Under the pieces are notes generated by a model. The model did not search any database. It saw nothing but the letters and a program-made list of their open reading frames with translations, and was not told the origin of the DNA. A stretch of 64,000 nucleotides of DNA, taken from NCBI GenBank assembly GCA_008632985.1, contig QPGO01000050.1, forward strand, positions 186,001 through 250,000, given 5' to 3'. Positions 22,670 through 34,400 of the stretch are shown here, in pieces. The position numbers and the translations under genes were made by a program. Source of the DNA: Psammoneis japonica (Eukaryota). Every line of letters starts with the position of its first letter. Within the stretch, counting starts at the first letter, position 1.

Positions 22670-25600
22670 GTGCTCAACAAGAAGATCAATGAGAACAAGA
22701 AATGAAATTTTTTACACCTGTGATGCATTCTCCACACAGCGGTGCCATGGTTTTTCAGAAATCAACTGATGCAGTCACTGCCACTTGAGCTCCGAACAAT
22801 GGCTTCCCACTGCCTCATTTTTGGTCCAAATCTGGCATTGCCAAAGTCATTGTTCAGGTTGACAGCTGTTTTTTCGATGGTCACAGATTTGCAACATTTT
22901 GTTTTGTGGTGCAACATGTTGTGTTTTTGCAAGAGCTTCAACTCAGTTGCCTGTTGCACGTCATTTTTTGTGTTTTGGCTGCACCTGCTGTCTCTTTTTG
23001 TTGAACAAACACCACACAACTCAGCTGCTGACATGCTGTTTGGCTGGTGCATGACAGTGGTGCACCCATCCTTGTCACACATCTGACAACAACAAATGAA
23101 AAAACTCTCCTGAAAAAAACTTTCCATCAAACCAAGCCCATTTTGACAGACAGCACAGTTGTGAGCTTGAATCCTTTCCTTCTGCCCAGCATCAATTTGA
23201 TCCTGTCATGACTCCTCATGCTTTCTGTTGCCACAAATGCTCATCAAATGATTTGACCTCATCATCACATCACAATTTGACAAATTCCAACATGCTCATC
23301 AACCCAGATTACAGCATGGTTCAATCTGAGCTTCATTCAGCACTGCTTTCAAGCAGTTGTTTAATGACAAACATGCTGCAAACACTTTTTGAGGTGCCAA
23401 GTCATTGGGGCTGACATGGTTGCAGCCCAGAGCTTTGTGTTTTTGTTTTTGCCCATGCCTGCACACTGCACTCCATTTTTGCTGTTGCAGCAGATTTTTG
23501 CTGGTGAGTGCCAAATTGCATCTCCACTGTCTGTGCAGCTCTTCCTCATTGCTCTGTGAATGCACCAGTTTTGCATCTTGCAGAAGGTTGCAGAGGGTCA
23601 TTTTTGGAAGCTTCACTTGTTGAAGTGCTGGCATCAATTTGCTTGCATCAGAGAGAAAGGCAAAAACATTCCCAGTGTGCCCAAGAACTCTGGGACCCAG
23701 GCTGTGCAAATGGCAGTTGCAGTTGAGGCTTCTTTGATCAGAGAAAACTTGCTTCACATTGGAGCTTTGTGCAAAGGTTGGTGCAGATGATCAAGCCACA
23801 TTGCAACAACTGCATTGCCAACAAGATTTGCCATGAAGATTTGCTTGACAACTTGCAGCAGGAAAACTTGACAAGGCTGTGCAAGCTTCCAAAAATGATG
23901 ACTGTGGCACACAATCAATGGAGGTGAGCTCATCTTCACATTTCTGACTCATGTCCCAACCAATCCTCCCACAAGATTCATTCTTGCCTGGGCATGGGAT
24001 CAGAGTGAAACAGAAGACGGCTCACTCTTTCATCACAGTTCTCCATTGTTTCCAACTTCCAACTCATCCTTTTTGCTTCGCAAGTGTCATGTGGTCCTCT
24101 TGAGCATCCAAAGAAAGCATTTGAGCTGTTGCTTGAGCACATGAGAGCACCAAAGGTGTGAAAATCATCCCAGCCACTCTGTTCCTTTTTCCAGACCTTG
24201 TCTGCATCTTTGGGCAGCTGATGAGCCACTGTGGCAAGAAGCAATGTCATGCACAAGGTGCAAAAATGACTTGCAAAACAAAGCATCAGCAAGCGCTGCC
24301 AGCAAGAAACTCACAGAAAACAACAAAGGAGCAAGTGGGTGGTGATTGCAGAGCAGCACCTGAGAATGTTGTGCTCTGATGTTGAGAAAGCCCTCACATG
24401 CTTTTGACAGCAAAAGCACTCAACAAATTCTTCTCAAAGAGCTTTTTCTTACAACCCAAAACCCACATCCTCTGGCAATTTTCTTTGCTTTGTGAAAATG
24501 GAAACAATGGCTTCTGGTTGCTGCTGCTTGCCATTTTCTCACTCTTCTTGCTGCTGCTGCTGCTGCTTGCCATTTTCTTCTTCTTCTTGCTGCTGCTGCT
24601 GCTGCCATGTGAAGGTGTTGTTTTGTGCATGTGCATGACAAGTTTGTCGCCAAAGGTGCTGCTGCATGCAACAAGCTTTTGATGAGCAGTCAGCATGGAA
24701 AAGCTGTTTGACAGTTCTGTGAAGCCAAGTGACAACTGCAGCACCATGAGAAGGATGCACCACAAGAAGATCAATGAGAACAAGAATTGATTTTTTTGCA
24801 CTTGTGATGCACTTTCCACACAGGTGTTGTGGTTTTGCACAATGTCAGCTGATGTGGTCACCCCACCATTTAAAAATTCTGAACAATCACATTGTCATGT
24901 TTTGCCACCGGCTCATTTTCAGTGGCAAACCTGGCATTGCCAAAGTCATCATTCAGGTTGACAGCCAATTTTCCCAATGACCACAGATTTGCAGCACTTT
25001 GTTTTGGGGTGCAGCATCTCATTTTTGGAAGAGCTTCAGCTCAGTTGCTGTTGCATGTTTTTTTGCTGTTCTGGCCGCACCTGTCTCTTTTTGTTGCACC
25101 AGACCACACCATGCACAGCTCAGCTGTCAATGCACTGTTTGGTGCATGACAATGGTGCACCCCCCATCCTTGTTGCACATGTGACAACAAGGAAAAGACT
25201 CACCCTCTGAAAGAAGCCCCTCATTGAACCAAGCCCCTTTTGACAAACAGCACAGTTGTGAGCTTGAATCCTTTTTCTGTCCAGCAGTGCCAGTTTGACC
25301 CTGTCATTGCATGCATTTCCTGCTGCCACAAATGCTTGTCAGCCAATTTGACTTCATCATCACACCACAATTTGACATCACCCCAGATTGCAGCATGGGA
25401 CAATCTGCACTTCATTCAGCACTGCTCTCAAGCTGTCCATTGGCATTTGGGAGCCTCCAAAAAGATGGCTGTGTCATGCCATCAACAGAGCTCAACTTCA
25501 CATTTTTGACTCATGTCCCAGCCAGTCCTCCCACAAGATCCACTCTTGCCTCTGCTTGAGATCAGAATGAAAATGGAGAACAGCTTGGTCAACTCATCCT

Positions 25601-27540
25601 TCTGCTTTGTGAGTGTCATGTGGTCCTCTTGAGCATCCAAGAAAAGCATTTGAGCTGCTGCTTGAGCCTGTTAGAACATCAAAGGCATGCCAAGAACATC
25701 ACCCCAGCCTCTCCACTTTTTCCCCTGTGTGCTGTGTCTGCACTTTTGGGCAACTCATGAGCCACACTGTGGCAAGAAGCAATGGCATCCACAAGGTGCA
25801 AAAATGACTTGCAAAGCAGAACATCAGCAAGCACCGCCCAGCAAGAAAGTCACAACAAACAACAGAGGAGCTTGTCAGTGATTGCAAAGCAGCACCCAAG
25901 AGTGTTGCACTCTGATGTTGAGAAAGCCCTCACATGCTTGGACAAAAGCACTCAACAAATGATTCTCAATGAGCTCTTTTCATGACCCAAAACCCATGTC
26001 CTCTGGCAATTTTTTGTGAAATGGAAGTGAGGGTTTCCTCTGGTTGCTGCTGCTGCTTGCCATTTTTCTTCCAGCTGCTGCTGCTGCTGCTGCCACCATG
26101 CAGAGGAGCTGTCTTGTGCCCACACATGCCAAAATTGTTCCTGAAGGTGCTGCTCTGGCTGCACAACAAGCTTTTGACAACAAGCCAGTGCCAAGAAGCC
26201 ATTTGACAGCTCAACAAAGCCAAGTGGCTGACAACTGCAGCACAATGAGAAGGATCCACCACAAAATCAACAAGAACAAGAAATGAAATTTTTGCACCTG
26301 CAATGCACTCTCCACACAGGTGTGATGGTTTCTCAAAAATCAACTGATGCGGTCACCACACTGTTTGAATTCTGAACTTTTTGATCACAGGTCTGACATT
26401 GCCAAAGTCATCACTCAGTTTGGCAGCTGCTTTTTCCAATGGCCGCAGATTTGCAACATTTTGTTTTGTGGTGCAGCCTCTTGTTTTTAGAAAAGCTTCA
26501 ACCCAGTTGCCCGCTGAATGTTTTTTTTTAAGTTTTGGCTGCTTCTGTCTCTTTTTCCTTTAGCTGCATCAGACACCACACAACTCAGATGGCTGATCCA
26601 CTGTTTGCATGACAATCATGTGCTTTCTCCTTGTCACACATCTGACAACAAGGAAAAACTCTCCTTCCAAAAGAAACTTCTCGTTGAACCAAGCCCCTTT
26701 TGACAGACAGCGCAGTTTTGACCTTGAATCCTTTCCTTCTGTCTGGCGCCAATTTGACCCTGTCATCATGTGCACTTCATGTTGCCACAAATGCTTGTCA
26801 ACTAATTTGACCTCATCATCACATTGCCGCTTGACAAATTCTGACATCGCCAGATTGCAGCGCAGGTCAATCTGCACTTCTTTCAGCACTGCTCTCAAGC
26901 TGTCAATTGGCACTTCCCATGTGGTCCTTTTGAGCGTCCAAGGAAAGCATTTGAGCTGCTGCTTGAGCCTGCAAGAACATCAAAGGTGTGCCAAAAATGT
27001 CATTCCAGCCACTTCACTCCTTTTCCCATGCCTCGTCTGCATCTTTGGGCAGCTGATGAGCCTCTGTGTCAAGAAGCAATGGCACCCACAAGGTGCAAAA
27101 ATGACTTGCAAAGCAAAGCATCAGCAAGGGCCACCAGCACAAATCTAAAAAAAGGAGCATGTGGATGATTGCAGAGCAGTGCACAAGGGCGCTGTGCTCT
27201 GATGTTGAGAAAGCCCTCTCATGCTTGCGCAAGAGCACTCAACAAATTCTTTTCAGCAAGCTTTTTGCATGACCCAAAACCCATGTCCTCGGGCAATTTT
27301 CCTTGCTTTGTGAAATGGAGACAAATGCTTCCAGTTGCTGCTGCTTGCTGTTTTCTTTTTGCTCTTGCTGCTTCTGCCACACAGAGGTGTTGTCTTGTGG
27401 CCACACATGCCAAGGTTGTTTCCAAAGGTGTGCTGCCACATGCAACAAGCTTTTGACAAGGGCGCAGCACAAAGAAGCCATTTGACAGCTCAACAAAGCC
27501 AAGTGACAACTGCGGCATTGAGAGAATGATCCACTGCAAA
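22670..27540. repeat. Degenerate tandem array, ~3 units of ~1.5 kb
   Basis: Landmarks recur: atcaatgagaacaagaa-like at ~22685/24770/26266; tgtggtcctcttgagcatccaa-like at ~24090/25619/26919; tctgatgttgagaaagccctc at ~24375/25911/27198. The first unit carries a ~570-bp insertion. Confidence 0.88.
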
Positions 27541-27645
27541 GGCAGTGCCGCTGCACAAGGTCTCCCATCTTTCATGATTTTGGTCGAAGTTGTTGGTGCA
27601 CTGCACTGCACAACATGTGTGCCAGCAGTCTTTCCACCGGATGTT

Positions 27646-27646
<1 letters not shown>

Positions 27647-27678
<32 letters not shown>

Positions 27679-27807
27679 NNNNNNNNNNNNNNNNNNNNNN
27701 NNNNNNNNNNNNNNNNNNNNNNNNNNNNNNNNNNNNNNNNNNNNNNNNNNNNNNNNNNNNNNNNNNNNNNNNNNNNNNNNNNNNNNNNNNNNNNNNNNNN
27801 NNNNNNN

Positions 27808-27839
<32 letters not shown>

Positions 27840-27846
27840 CACACAC
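27647..27846. repeat. (CA)n microsatellite spanning an assembly gap (N at 27679-27807)
   Basis: Pure CA runs on both sides of 129 Ns. Confidence 0.95.
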
Positions 27847-28204
27847 TCTCACTGAAATGGCTGCACAACATTTTGTCAACATGCTCCAATGTGGCAGAAA
27901 CAGACAACTTGACAGAGGTGCGCTGCTCTTCCCACACTCCTTCAAGACAATTCATGGACCTTGGGGTCCTTGTGCTGTTGAGTGGGAAGCTCAGCTCTGC
28001 TCATGTTGGGAGAAAGGTGATGCCGGGTCACAAAGCCACAACACCAACAAGGAGGCATGGGGTCACAACACCACCCCAAGATCAACCTTGCACAGTGTGC
28101 TTGGCCACAATTGTCAAAGTGTTGCCTGGAGCCCACTGGATGCCACCAGTGCCCTCAGCTTCTTGCCATCGTTGGGTTTGTTGGTGCTGTCATGCTGCTG
28201 GTGT

Positions 28205-28720
28205 CCACCCCAAGTCTCGGAGCCGCCGGCTCAGCTGCCCCAGGTCCCGCAGCAGCCGGCTCAGCTGCCCCAAGGTCTGCAGCAGCTGGCTCAGCCACCC
28301 CAAGTCCCGCGGCAGCCGGCGCAGCCACCCCAAGTCCAACAGCAGCTTGCCCCAGGTCGGCAGCCTCAGCCGCAGCCCCAGCAGGAGCCCCGGCAGCAGC
28401 AGCAGCAGCATTGTGGGCCAGTGCTGGCATTTCACAGCACCGCAAGCAACCATCGCAGTGCAAGGAGGCGCCACATTGATGTTGCGCCCGGCCAGCAGCA
28501 GCAGCAGCAGCAGGGGCAAGTTCCGGCACCACTGCAGCAGGTTCCTGGCCAACAGCAGCAGCAGGGGCAGGTTCCGTCACCTTCGCAGCAGGTTTCTTGC
28601 CAACAGCAGCAACAGGCACAGGCTCTGGCTCAACAGCAGCAACAGGGGCAGTTCCACCTGCTGCTGCCACAGCCACAGGAGCAGCTTCAGGTGCTGCTGC
28701 AAGCAGAGCTTCAGCGGGCT
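28205..28720 (+). repeat. 30-bp tandem repeat (28205-28347) followed by CAG-rich low-complexity sequence
   Basis: gccggctcagctgccccaggtcccgcagca-like unit about 5 times, then (CAG)n runs. Confidence 0.8.
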
Positions 28721-28984
28721 TCAGATGCTGTGGTGGGGTTTGCATCACAGTGCAACATCTCTGGCTGCAGATTGCTTTTGTCACTGTCTGTGCCATTTCC
28801 CTGTTTTCTGCAGTGGCAATGTTTGTTGCTGTGCAAATGTGCAGCACCATTGAAGACTGTTTTGACATTGTGACAAAGAACAATTGAAAGCTGTTTTGAC
28901 AATTGCGACAAATGCACAAGTGGCAGGGAAATGAAAAATCTGTTGCTTTAGAATGTTGTCCATTGTTCTAAAACACAGTGTCAC

Positions 28985-29940
28985 AGCATCTGTGAACATC
29001 AAACAATGGATTGCCATTTTCAAGCTCCAGCTCTGTGATCACAGCCACTGCTGTGAACACATTTTGGTGTCTTTTGACTCAATGACAAAAGACACGGTTC
29101 AAGCAACTCCACTGCTTGAACCTGTTGTTTGCAGCTTCATGGCAAGCTCAAACCCATCCATGAAGTTGGCCACCATCCTGTTCAGGAACACTGCAGAGAG
29201 GGTGGCCCCTGCACCCCAGATTGGCTGCAACCCTCTCACCATCATCAAGGCAGTGTGCAAGAGCACTTTTGAAAATGTTGATGTCTGGACACTGGCCACA
29301 TGGAAACTTTCCATAAATCCAGACAATGTCTCCTGTCACAATGTTCATGGCAACCTCTCATCTGACTCCAGGCTTCTTGAATTTGTGCAAAAACTGGCCT
29401 TTCCAAAAAGGCTTCCAACCACAAATGCAGAAGATGGTGCCATCAACCAACACCAAGCATGTGTTGCCCATGCCCCCTTGAAAATGATTTTCCCACACAA
29501 TCTGGAGCAAAGTAACTCAGTGATGAGAGCCAACAAAGTGAAAGAGCAACAAAATCCCGCATTTCTAATGTTGCTTGATGTGCACTCACCCCACAGCAAA
29601 TTGCAGATTGCAGATCACAGCAACAAATGTCCAACTCCACTTGCGAAATGTTTTTTTGTCAACTGCGTTGGTTGCACTGGCAAGTGAGCAAAAATCTGAC
29701 TCAGAGCACAGCAGAGCTTCAGCGACATCATCAGCACCCACGGAGGAGAGGTGAGCCGCTGATGCACCACGTTCCATCTTTGCAACTGGGTCCATCATTG
29801 TCCACAACAAGGCACAACAGATCTCAGGTCATGTCCCAAACATTGCCTGAAACCATGTCACATCTGATGCGTGTGCAAACACGGTTGAGCACCGCATCAG
29901 TGCCTTTCCCTCAGAAAGGAAAGTTGTTGCTGCTGTGTGC
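28985..29940 (-). mobile_element. Decayed DDE transposase (DDE_Tnp_4-like; Harbinger/ISL2EU-related)
   Basis: Translated remnants FQAMFG, DKKTFRKWSW, CLVLVDGT, HKFKKPGVR*EVAMNIVTGDIVWIYGKFPCG, GERVAANLGCRG (expected ADxGYRG) and NPLFDV; broken by stops and frameshifts. Family assigned by motif recognition only. Confidence 0.72.
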
Positions 29941-31832
29941 ATGACAAAGAGGCAGTGCGTTGTCAGCCAATGTCAACAACGCCACTGCTTCTGCCTCCTT
30001 GCTCTCTGTGACATTTGGAGAGAGCAGATTGCGGCATCATGGTTGTTGGGATCGTGGCACAGAAATGGTGGGTGCGGGTGAGCTGAGATGCTTCAGAAAG
30101 ATGCGGTGACATGCGACATTGTGTTGCTCAAAGGTGAGCTTCAAAGTGAGCTTCGAAGAAACTTCGAAGCATCTCTTTAATGCCGCCAGCTCTCTCTAGA
30201 GCAGCTGGCACCCAAAATCTAGTCTAGCCACCAGCTGGAGCCAGCCACCACTGGCAGCTGGAGCAGCCACCACTCTGCTCCTAGAGCAGAGAGCTGGTGC
30301 TGCAGCAGACAGCATGAACAGACACCGTCAATGTCAAACGTACAGTGCCGTGTGCCCAAGAACGTGCGTGCATGTCCAAAACACGTAGAAGTGCCGTGTG
30401 TGCGAACCCACAGGTGCGCATCGCATGGTTGGGGACACGGAAGCAATGCCGGATGCGATCAGTGCGGCAGCATGGCACTGCAGAAGAGAGGCGCAGGCGA
30501 AGAACAGAAGCAGTCCAATCATCATCCCTCACCACCATCACATCAAAACCCAATTGAAGAGACAGTTGCTGATGCGATTGCATTCACACTGGATTTGGCA
30601 CGACCATTGCAGCCAGTGCAATGTCTCGTCGCCCAGCTGCAGAGCCTCCCGATGATGCTGACGCGAACAATGGACGATCTGTGTGTCAACGAGCGTCGAC
30701 ACCTCCTCCAGGTCTAATTGCCACGGAAGATGCGCCCGGTGATCTTTTTCCCATTGGAAAACTGGCAGCAAGTCCACTTGAAGCTCGAGGTGAAGTCAGC
30801 AACGGCTCTCGGTTGATCTCAGGCTTAGAGACATTTGTTGCCGACTTGCACCGCACCCCCCGGTGGTTCATTGAACTCAGCGATGTCGATGACACAGAGG
30901 CAAGCCCTCGTTGTGGTGTCATGCTGGTGGTGACTCCAATCACAACAAACCCAGAGGACTGCACCCTCACCAACATGACAACGGACCAAGAGGGCCGTGT
31001 CCTTGTGGTGAACGTGACCGTCTGTCCACGCCGCATCAGTGGCAATGCTCCCCAATGGTTTGGAGATGAACTGGAGAGAACTTCTTCAGCAATCCCACAA
31101 GGCGACAGATGTCGGGACAGGACCGGCACCTTTCAACCTTCCAGAGTCAGCAAAGACTGCTGGCAGACTGCCTGGTCCAATCAAATTGGCAGGCACATCT
31201 CTGCTGATGCAAACATTTGTGCAACAATGGAAGATTTGACCAAGAGGCGTGGTTGGGTTCGCTCAGATGGCACTCGCATTTGATTGACAAATTTGAACAA
31301 CATGCGTCCCCACGATCGAAATGGCAGCAACCAATGGTTCATGTTGATGCAGCTCTGGACCAACACCAGAAACCTTGTGACAAATGTCTGACAGAAACCT
31401 GCAGCAGGACCAAACCATGGAACAGAGTTTGTTGGCCAGTCATTTCCGAGTCTTGGTTTCTGGCTAAATCCAGGTCTCTTCTTGCATGTGTCCCAAAGTT
31501 TGTGTCCCTCCACTCTGGCCAGCTAGTCACTCTAGAGCAGCCAGCTAGAGAGAGCAGCTAGCCCCTTCTCGTTGCGATGTGATTTCATGTAAAAAAGAGG
31601 AAAAAGCCCAAGTTTCTCGGAAAAGTGGTTGACAATGCAGCCGCACGAATAAAAGGCAGTTGTCGCGCGCAATTTCGCAGGCTGTGCGCGCGAAGTTCGA
31701 ATTGATTCTGGTGCCGTGTCCAGCATGATGGCGGGTTTTTGTTGTCTTCCACTGGGCGCAGTGTCAACAGTCTTTGTGGATGGTCAGTTGGTGTGCTGTC
31801 GGGTGGGTGGAGGTCGATTGAATCGGGGTCCT

Positions 31833-34400
31833 TCAATGTTTGTAAAGGGACAGACCTGCGCCATCTTCCCACTGGGGTCGCCTGGAGAGCTGATCTGAGA
31901 GGCAGGAACACAGGATCCCCTGAGGCAACGGTGGGTCACCCAAACTGTGGTGATGCTCATCCTTGCATTGACACAGCTGCATGCTTCAGAACATGGCTTT
32001 TGCCACTTGTCTGACAGTTTCGATGCCATCTTCTTGCGGAGCATCACCTTGGCTTCCTTGCTGAACAGCCCGTCGCATGACACAACGAAGGGCATGACAT
32101 GACGGTGTTGTTCAAGACAGGGCTTGAGGTGCTTACGCTGTTTTCATGTTCGTGGCTTGCCAGGACTTCTTCTGGTGTTTTGGACAGGTGTGACTTCACG
32201 TCTGTGTCAGGGATTCGAACATCCATCACCATGTCTGTCCTTCTGTCCCAAAATCTCATGCCGAGAAGGTCTCCACGATCGCCATCGTTGGACTTGTTGG
32301 AGTTGGTGTTTCCTGGGGAACCATTGGGGGTGCTTGAGCTTCCATTGTTGCAACCAGTGGGGTTGATTGGGGGTCCGTCGCGTGTGTGGGAAGGTTTGCA
32401 AGCCTTGCCCATCAGGTCACCCACCAGGTTGTCACGCACTTCATCATGTCGTGAGATGACTGGGCCGCCCTTCTTGCACTGAAGAGCATGATTCATGGTG
32501 AATTTGCATCCACATTCATCACAGTGCTCTGGGAGGTCTGGCGGAGCACCGCCATGCCACAAGAAGAGTGCATCACGGAGCTCTTGGCATGAGAGTTCTG
32601 TGCCGTTCAGTGTCGAAGGGTGTGCTGACAGCCACGCTCCAGTCTTGGTGCTGCGCTTGACAGCTCTGGCCTGAAGGTTGGGCAGGTTCCTGAGGATCCT
32701 TTTGAGGGTCTCTCCATGTGCTTTGACTTTTCCATCAGCTGCTTCCTGTTTCACTTCACGCATGGTGTCCTTGTGCACTGCGGAGGAGAGCTGGGAGCAG
32801 ATGCGGAGTGAGATGATCACGTGGGAGCACGTGAGAGCACTTGCTTCACAGTTGTGAGCTGTGGACTCAGTTGGACAAGGGATGGACAGTCACGAAAATT
32901 TGATTGGGAGGGTGGACAGGGCCAATCTCAGGTTGTCGTTGGCTGGGGTCTTGCCCATCAGCGCCGGCAGAAAATTGCACTGTGTCGCGTGTTCTGCGTC
33001 GGCGAACAATTCTCCGCAGTCCTTTGCCACATGTTGGGCACATTGCCACTGAGGTTGCAGAGACTTTTGCAGACTAGCACAGGCGGTCTGAGGGTGGCAA
33101 ATTACAATCTTGGCGAGTCCCTGGATGACCGAGGTCCATGACTTGGCTTTTTCGCCCAGCCAACGGTCGCGTGCGTCCGTCTCTCCGACGAAGCCTCTGA
33201 GGCAGCAGCTGCCAGACTTGACAGCAAAGCCCAGATCTCCAAAGTGTGCTCCAGCATTTTCCAGGTTGTGTTCTGGGACTGCCAGGATGTTCTTGGAGTT
33301 GTCGGCAAGGCAGCATCCGTGTGTTTGGGGCCTTTGGCTTGGAGAGTGAGGAAAAAATCCCGCAGGACGTTGAATTTCCCAGCTGCTGCGGAATTGTCGG
33401 CATGCCAAGGGGTGAATGCATCTTTAAAATGTTCATTCATTTCATAGACTGGTGGAAGAAGTCCCAGTCCATGTGCCACCACACCAAGAAGCAGATCACC
33501 CTGTGTGACACCTTCTTTGCTGAGCAAAATGAAGGCGGTTCCGAAGCTTCCGCGGATGATCAGGACACTCCAATGCTTGTGGCTGTTGAAGGTGAACCTT
33601 GCACCAGATGGCCAAAGGTGCCTCACATTGCACAGCATCAAGATCCAGTTCTCTTTGTTGAACCCATTGGAGGCATCGACAAAAAGAAATCGGCAGTCAT
33701 CTTCAAATTTGTGTTGCTCCCAGAGCATGCTCATCGTGTGAATGGCGCCCTTGATGCCTGCTTCCAGTCCAGCACACAGCTGGTCTGTCCCACAAGCTTC
33801 CTTGGCTTCTGCTCCAGCAACTGGATGAATGGCTTTGGCAGTGGCTTGTTGCCACACCTCCCCTGTGCCGACCAGATGTGCGCCCGGGTTTTTGTTTTGC
33901 ACGACAAGTCGTTTTGCCATGATTTGCGGCACACGGCCCACAGGGGGTGACTCGTTTGCTGGCCAGTTTGCAAAGTTGCACAATGCTTCTTTAAGCAACC
34001 CACTGGCTTTTCTGCAATGGAGAAGCCATTCTGATGCTGTGTCAGCATCAGATCTGCCAAGTCCTGTGCCCCCGGACAGTCTGCGCTTGACGGTCTTGAT
34101 GGTTCCATTGGTGACAAGTGCACCCTGAAGCTCAGGCAACTCACTGAACTTGTGAAAATGGTCTTCATCCGGGATCCTCTGGTTTGGATGTTTCTTCTGA
34201 AGAATCTCAAACACTGAGTCATTGGTTTTTTTGTTGATGTCATCTGGTGAGAGGATTCCACCTTTCTCGCATTCGGAGATGCACCCACAACCACTCCTCG
34301 CAGGTTCCCTTGGAGCACCGTTCTATTGAATGTCTTGGTGCACTGCTCAGACATCTCCTCCCTTTGAATGGTCTTCAGGTCAGTTTCTGTTGCACATGGA
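31833..34400 (-). mobile_element. Decayed non-LTR retrotransposon with RT, CCHC knuckle and restriction-like endonuclease (CRE-like clade), 5'-truncated
   Basis: RT motifs FVDASNGFN, SKEGVTQGD and WHADN (from WYADD); C-x2-C...HALQC and RHDEVRD; RLE motifs RGDLL...DVRIPDTD and PFVVSCDG; C-terminus PQWEDGAGLSLYKH*. Confidence 0.85.

Noticed and set aside
27647..27846. (CA)n as a converted (TA)n microsatellite
   Set aside because: Two-strand conversion should leave a mix of TG and CA; a pure CA run is adequately explained by slippage.
27590..28873. 427-aa Gln/Pro-rich ORF
   Set aside because: Spans an N gap and a microsatellite, lies in stop-depleted sequence and has no recognisable domain.
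30621..31283. 220-aa ORF as a functional gene
   Set aside because: Looks coding-derived but is Tyr-free, inside the mutated block and has no recognisable domain; treated as an unidentified relic.
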